DNA of 64,000 nucleotides from Leucoraja erinacea. Lineage: Eukaryota. The notes beneath the pieces are model-generated. The model had not been told where the DNA came from. It saw only the letters and a list, made by a program, of their open reading frames with translations, and did no database searches. Position numbers and translations under genes: made by a program. The stretch lies in NCBI RefSeq assembly GCF_028641065.1, contig NC_073398.1, positions 21,824,001 through 21,888,000 on the forward strand, given 5' to 3'. This document shows, in pieces, positions 63,001 through 64,000 of the stretch. Numbering within the stretch: position 1 is the stretch's first letter; each line of letters opens with the position of its first letter.

Positions 63001-63422
63001 GAATGATTCTTCGTAACTCCACAATATCCCAAACACTTTGCAAAGGGCACATCACCTGCTGTAACATGTTTTATATGTAACTAGTTATATATAGTGCAAG
63101 AAGGAACTGCAGATGCTGATTTACACCGAAGATACACACAAAATGCTGTCTGAAGACTGAAGGGTCTCGACCACAAACTTCACCCATTCCTTCTCTCTTG
63201 AGATGCTGCCTGTCCCGCTGAGTTACTCCAGCATTTTGTGTTTGTATTAGTTGTATATCGACCCTCTTTATTCACGGTGGCCCCCCACTCCAGGTCTCCT
63301 CCTTACCTCACGACAGGGATTTCATCATTCAGATCAAGGATGTTAATAATGAGAGTTCCTTCACAGGACATCTGTGGAGCTGGGTTTCCTTTATCTTTCA
63401 CTGTAACACCCAATGAGAACAC
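30034..63422 (-). CDS. cdhr4-like: Gene B: cadherin-related family member 4-like paralog with expanded ectodomain, 5'-partial, about 23 exons; tail exons uncertain or disrupted
   Basis: 20 phase-consistent exons from 63422 to the TM exon (32584-32714); the last 12 correspond one-to-one to A1-A12; tail exon candidates at 30364-30034. Confidence 0.85.
30178..30208 (-). CDS. Gene B cytoplasmic exon candidate: ASFNGKTVHP (homolog of FDGRTVDE); donor reads AT instead of GT
   Basis: ttgcag|GCA TCG TTT AAT GGA AAA ACT GTA CAT CCA A|ataatg. Confidence 0.55.
30297..30364 (-). CDS. Gene B cytoplasmic exon candidate (68 nt): TSPAPNELRSILR, then apparent 1-nt frameshift (TGA at 30321-30319)
   Basis: tgtgtttcag|G..GAG|gtagct; removing 1 nt gives ...RHDPPPPQPE with a phase-0 end, as in A14. 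Confidence 0.55.
32584..32714 (-). CDS. Gene B exon B20 (131 nt), transmembrane: FTTSVLSLTSAYWAPESWFVALMTLAAAVTVLVVFGIAWACIT
   Basis: tccag|TTC..AG|gtcagt. Confidence 0.9.
32930..33225 (-). mobile_element. HE1/V-SINE-like SINE
   Basis: gccaattaacctacaaacc..tacgtctttggaatgtgggaggaaaccggag..tctctggcgctgtgaggcagca..tgcaccactgtgc. Confidence 0.75.
33275..33545. repeat. Degenerate GC-rich minisatellite-like array
   Basis: recurring gg(a)accccca(g)tga / gcaggacccc(c)a(a)gt(g)acatc units. Confidence 0.55.
33712..33956 (-). CDS. Gene B exon B19 (245 nt): ENAEDLFELQRAG...[19 protein letters not shown]
   Basis: tgtag|AA..CAG|gtaatc; counterpart of A11. Confidence 0.9.
34470..34860. repeat. Degenerate C-rich tandem repeat
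   Basis: recurring ccagctgcacacccagtcccactgccc and gccagtaccactcccagct units. Confidence 0.65.
35600..36125 (+). mobile_element. Nested CR1-type LINE 3' fragments
   Basis: RGNFFTQRVVAVWNELPVEVVEAGSLVSFKNKLDRHM (ORF 35715) inserted within another CR1 tail. Confidence 0.75.
36715..36856 (-). CDS. Gene B exon B18 (142 nt): NVNDEPPVCNPEYYESTIYSTITTPFVQLQCSDGDSPDDELSYSIVG
   Basis: tgcag|AAC..G|gtgaga. Confidence 0.92.
36889..37127. mobile_element. MITE with imperfect TIRs of about 37 bp and a degenerate (TAACCC)n core
   Basis: ggtacttttcggtgccgccattttggcgcctccgttt vs aaacggtggtgcctaaacggcggcgccgaatggtacc; direct repeat agtgtga at 36882-36888 and 37128-37134. Confidence 0.72.
37561..37594 (-). 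ncRNA. Minimal hammerhead ribozyme motif (Penelope-like element copy)
   Basis: minus strand reads GGTCTGAAGAAGGGTCTCGACCTGAAATGTCACC. Confidence 0.55.
39197..39522 (-). mobile_element. HE1/V-SINE-like SINE
   Basis: same consensus as 32930-33225 with (tttag)n tail. Confidence 0.72.
40176..40321 (-). CDS. Gene B exon B17 (146 nt): GRIRLLSSLDSEKQGTYILTVKATDMNNDLQLDPLRQRSSSALVTVNVL
   Basis: gacag|GT..TTG|gtaagg. Confidence 0.92.
41045..41260 (-). CDS. Gene B exon B16 (216 nt): TARVIVKVTPVNERSP...EDSPIG...PPRFYIESDS
   Basis: cttag|GT..G|gtaatg. Confidence 0.92.
41356..41461 (-). CDS. Gene B exon B15 (106 nt): VGSSLLQYDVSSFAAVHFQHLIIVKITDNGKPQLT
   Basis: tacag|GTC..A|gtgagt. Confidence 0.92.
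42006..42162 (-). CDS. Gene B exon B14 (157 nt): MELAETSPEGTPVVSLNCWDNDRTVVNNILNYSMVLDSYSTGRFNISGNEIT
   Basis: cctag|C..ACT|gtaagt; intact counterpart of A6. Confidence 0.92.
44245..44550 (+). mobile_element. CR1-type LINE fragment
   Basis: RLHFEYYVPFWSPCY...[19 protein letters not shown]. Confidence 0.75.
45111..45420 (-). mobile_element. HE1/V-SINE-like SINE
   Basis: same consensus; ends actgtgccaccc. Confidence 0.72.
45480..45660 (-). CDS. Gene B exon B13 (181 nt): DTGEIKIASLVDYDD...IADVNDNPPQCSRYIF
   Basis: aacag|AC..AT|gtaagt; counterpart of A5. Confidence 0.92.
46005..46432. mobile_element. Two oppositely oriented V-SINE fragments
   Basis: cacagtggtgcagctgatagagg...(+) joined to ...gtctctggcactgtaa...cactgtgcc(-). 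Confidence 0.62.
47876..48021 (-). CDS. Gene B exon B12 (146 nt): PISPNPLIIDENLPWKTFLIKVNATDKDENDVIYYEFVKTHAGFLIEE
   Basis: tcaag|G..G|gtaaat. Confidence 0.9.
48942..49560 (-). mobile_element. CR1-type LINE 3' fragment
   Basis: reverse-strand RT C-terminal sequence (YRERLGKLGLFSLE) and catagaacatag tail. Confidence 0.72.
49667..49779 (-). CDS. Gene B exon B11 (113 nt): RFQMEIEIAEAGKSSPKSCTGSVTINLENVNDEPPIF
   Basis: aacag|AGA..CT|gtaagt; counterpart of A3. Confidence 0.9.
49800..50356 (+). mobile_element. CR1-type LINE 3' fragment
   Basis: gcagttctggtcacccc...gtgcagaggaggtttacc...gtactgttctatgttcta tail. Confidence 0.75.
50758..50871 (-). CDS. Gene B exon B10 (114 nt): YTITDATAGATQYFILDSSSGLISRTSISPLDYEAGIK
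   Basis: cccag|TAC..AAG|gtaaat; LDYE motif. Confidence 0.9.
51706..52419 (-). mobile_element. 5'-truncated Nimb/I-clade LINE (RNase H end, zinc-finger region, 3' UTR, (GAA)n tail)
   Basis: VPAHIGIRGNELADKVAK RNase H motif; CEYCGQEETIEHVIIHC; ccagttggtggcggtaatgcac 3' motif; near-identical target duplication ccc(t)tttgtgtttt. Confidence 0.82.
53483..53574 (-). CDS. Gene B exon B9 (92 nt): GVSLSIPENFPTSASVYQLLAADPDINDSVK
   Basis: accag|GT..AAA|gtaagt; counterpart of A1. Confidence 0.9.
54130..54420 (-). mobile_element. HE1/V-SINE-like SINE
   Basis: aagccaattaacctacaaa..gtcacggggagaac..tctggcgctgtaaggtagtagctctac. Confidence 0.75.
54844..55029 (-). CDS. Gene B exon B8 (186 nt): DSGDIILQSRLDYDSPD...VVNVDEAPDCDPAFTMGA
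   Basis: ctcag|AC..CAG|gtattt. Confidence 0.9.
56440..56585 (-). CDS. Gene B exon B7 (146 nt): PISSDTINAQEEMLIGTLLGKVEASDLDENDNLYFEFIDNQSLFILGN
   Basis: tgcag|A..G|gtgagt. Confidence 0.9.
57954..58069 (-). CDS. Gene B exon B6 (116 nt): FFTLKIEVKDDGIPAPQHSCKGTLTIVVNDLNDEVPIF
   Basis: cacag|TTT..AC|gtaagt; homologous to B1. Confidence 0.9.
59531..59653 (-). CDS. Gene B exon B5 (123 nt): FSIVSQESSPVTGGNLFNIDPDTGIVYRNSTTIIDYDHTYH
   Basis: attag|TTT..CAT|gtaagt. Confidence 0.87.
60739..60827 (-). CDS. Gene B exon B4 (89 nt): ATVNIDENYPNLKSVYQVTAEDPDAGDSLT
   Basis: tgcag|CC..ACA|gtaagt. Confidence 0.9.
61373..61558 (-). CDS. Gene B exon B3 (186 nt, GC donor): TGILTTTTVLDYDNG...VLQPVNEPPVCTSPQLTQGT
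   Basis: tacag|AT..CAG|gcaagt; same size as module counterpart 54844-55029. Confidence 0.87.
61960..62365 (+). mobile_element. CR1-type LINE 3' fragment
   Basis: ttggattgttttcactggaa...gggccaaagggcctgttcctgtactgttctatgttcta. Confidence 0.7.
62741..62880 (-). CDS. Gene B exon B2 (140 nt): PENPINFTEDQPIGTEVVRMNSTDRDADDVASYNFATASQDFSIDP
   Basis: ttcag|C..A|gtaagg. Confidence 0.9.
63307..63422 (-). CDS. Gene B exon B1 (116 nt): VFSLGVTVKDKGNPAPQMSCEGTLIINILDLNDEIPVV
   Basis: tgcag|GTG..AG|gtaagg; DLNDE motif. Confidence 0.9.
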
Positions 63423-63452
63423 CTGCAGTGAACAATATAATCAGTAACACGA

Positions 63453-63668
63453 AATGTGAAGAAGGAACATGCTGGTTTAAATCGAAGATAGACATGAAAA
63501 GCTGAAGTAACTCAGCGGGACAGGCAGCATTTCTGAAGAGAAGGAATGGGTGACATTTCGGATCAAGACCCTTCTCCGGTCTGAAGAAGGGTCTCGACCC
63601 GAAACGTCACCTATTCCTTCTCTCAAGATATGCTGCCTGTCCTGCTGATATTACTCCAGCATATTGTA
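63453..63668. mobile_element. Fold-back Penelope-like element with the best-preserved hammerhead
   Basis: inverted arms; related copies near 5700, 25630, 35370, 37500, 39617, 41485, 47610, 51500, 52535, 55490, 57660, 59832 and 63095. Confidence 0.7.
63578..63611 (+). ncRNA. Minimal type-I hammerhead ribozyme motif in a Penelope-like pseudo-LTR
   Basis: GGT-CTGAAGA-A-GGGT(CTCG)ACCC-GAAAC-GTC-ACC: CUGANGA and GAAA cores, 4-bp stem II, palindromic ACGU stem III, GGT/ACC stem I. Confidence 0.7.
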
Positions 63669-64000
63669 AATATTATTGCCTCTCTAAACAAAATGTAACT
63701 TCTCATCCTCTTATCCAATCCTGTTTCCATGAACATGCTGTTTTATATATTGAATTTTAATGCTGATATTTTATTTTTTACCCTTGATTCTGTGAAAATG
63801 GGAAGAATTGAATTAATCAAGATGAGAAAGATTCACTGAAGTTCTAGTTGCAGTGGATATGAGATTAGATTCCATCTTCTGAATTGGCATTGGAATAGGT
63901 TTATTATTGTCATTTGTACCGAGATACAACGAAAAGCTGTTATCTGTTTTCATGTTATCTAATCCACTCCATTGCTTAGTTTTCTTTAGCTTAGAGATAC

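Noticed and set aside
2003-63422. Calling the genes Fat, Dachsous, CELSR or clustered protocadherins
   Set aside because: The small-exon structure, absence of EGF/LamG/7TM domains, and the W.P..WFV and FDG/TG.RRW motifs fit the CDHR3/CDHR4 family instead.
1-64000. Prokaryotic systems (operons, CRISPR arrays, defence islands)
   Set aside because: The sequence is intron-rich vertebrate DNA, and none of its repeats has a regular repeat-spacer structure.

Overview
Eukaryotic vertebrate genomic DNA, not prokaryotic. The repeat content (HE1/V-SINEs, CR1, Rex/Babar, Nimb, Penelope-type pseudo-LTRs) suggests a cartilaginous fish, probably a skate or ray (inference). The window holds two convergent (tail-to-tail) paralogous multi-exon cadherin genes of the CDHR3/CDHR4 family, closer to CDHR4. 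Both lack their 5' ends in this window. Gene A (+ strand, 16 exons, 2003-25175) encodes 5 cadherin repeats, a Thr-rich stalk, a TM helix and the FDG..YLFN..TG.RRW tail. Gene B (- strand, about 23 exons, 63422-30034) encodes at least 8.5 cadherin repeats, built by tandem repetition of a 5-exon/2-repeat module. Exon sizes and phases match between the paralogs. As assembled, both genes carry lesions: a 106-bp insertion with an in-frame TAG in exon A6, partly copied from the upstream intron, and an apparent 1-nt frameshift plus a GT>AT donor in the tail of gene B. These could be real or assembly errors. The introns contain many fold-back Penelope-like elements with minimal hammerhead ribozyme cores, two Harbinger-like MITEs, a MITE with a telomere-like core and a Nimb LINE fragment. 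A Helitron lies between the genes. Most ORFs in the supplied track are spurious or partial exon read-throughs. All coordinates were read by hand.
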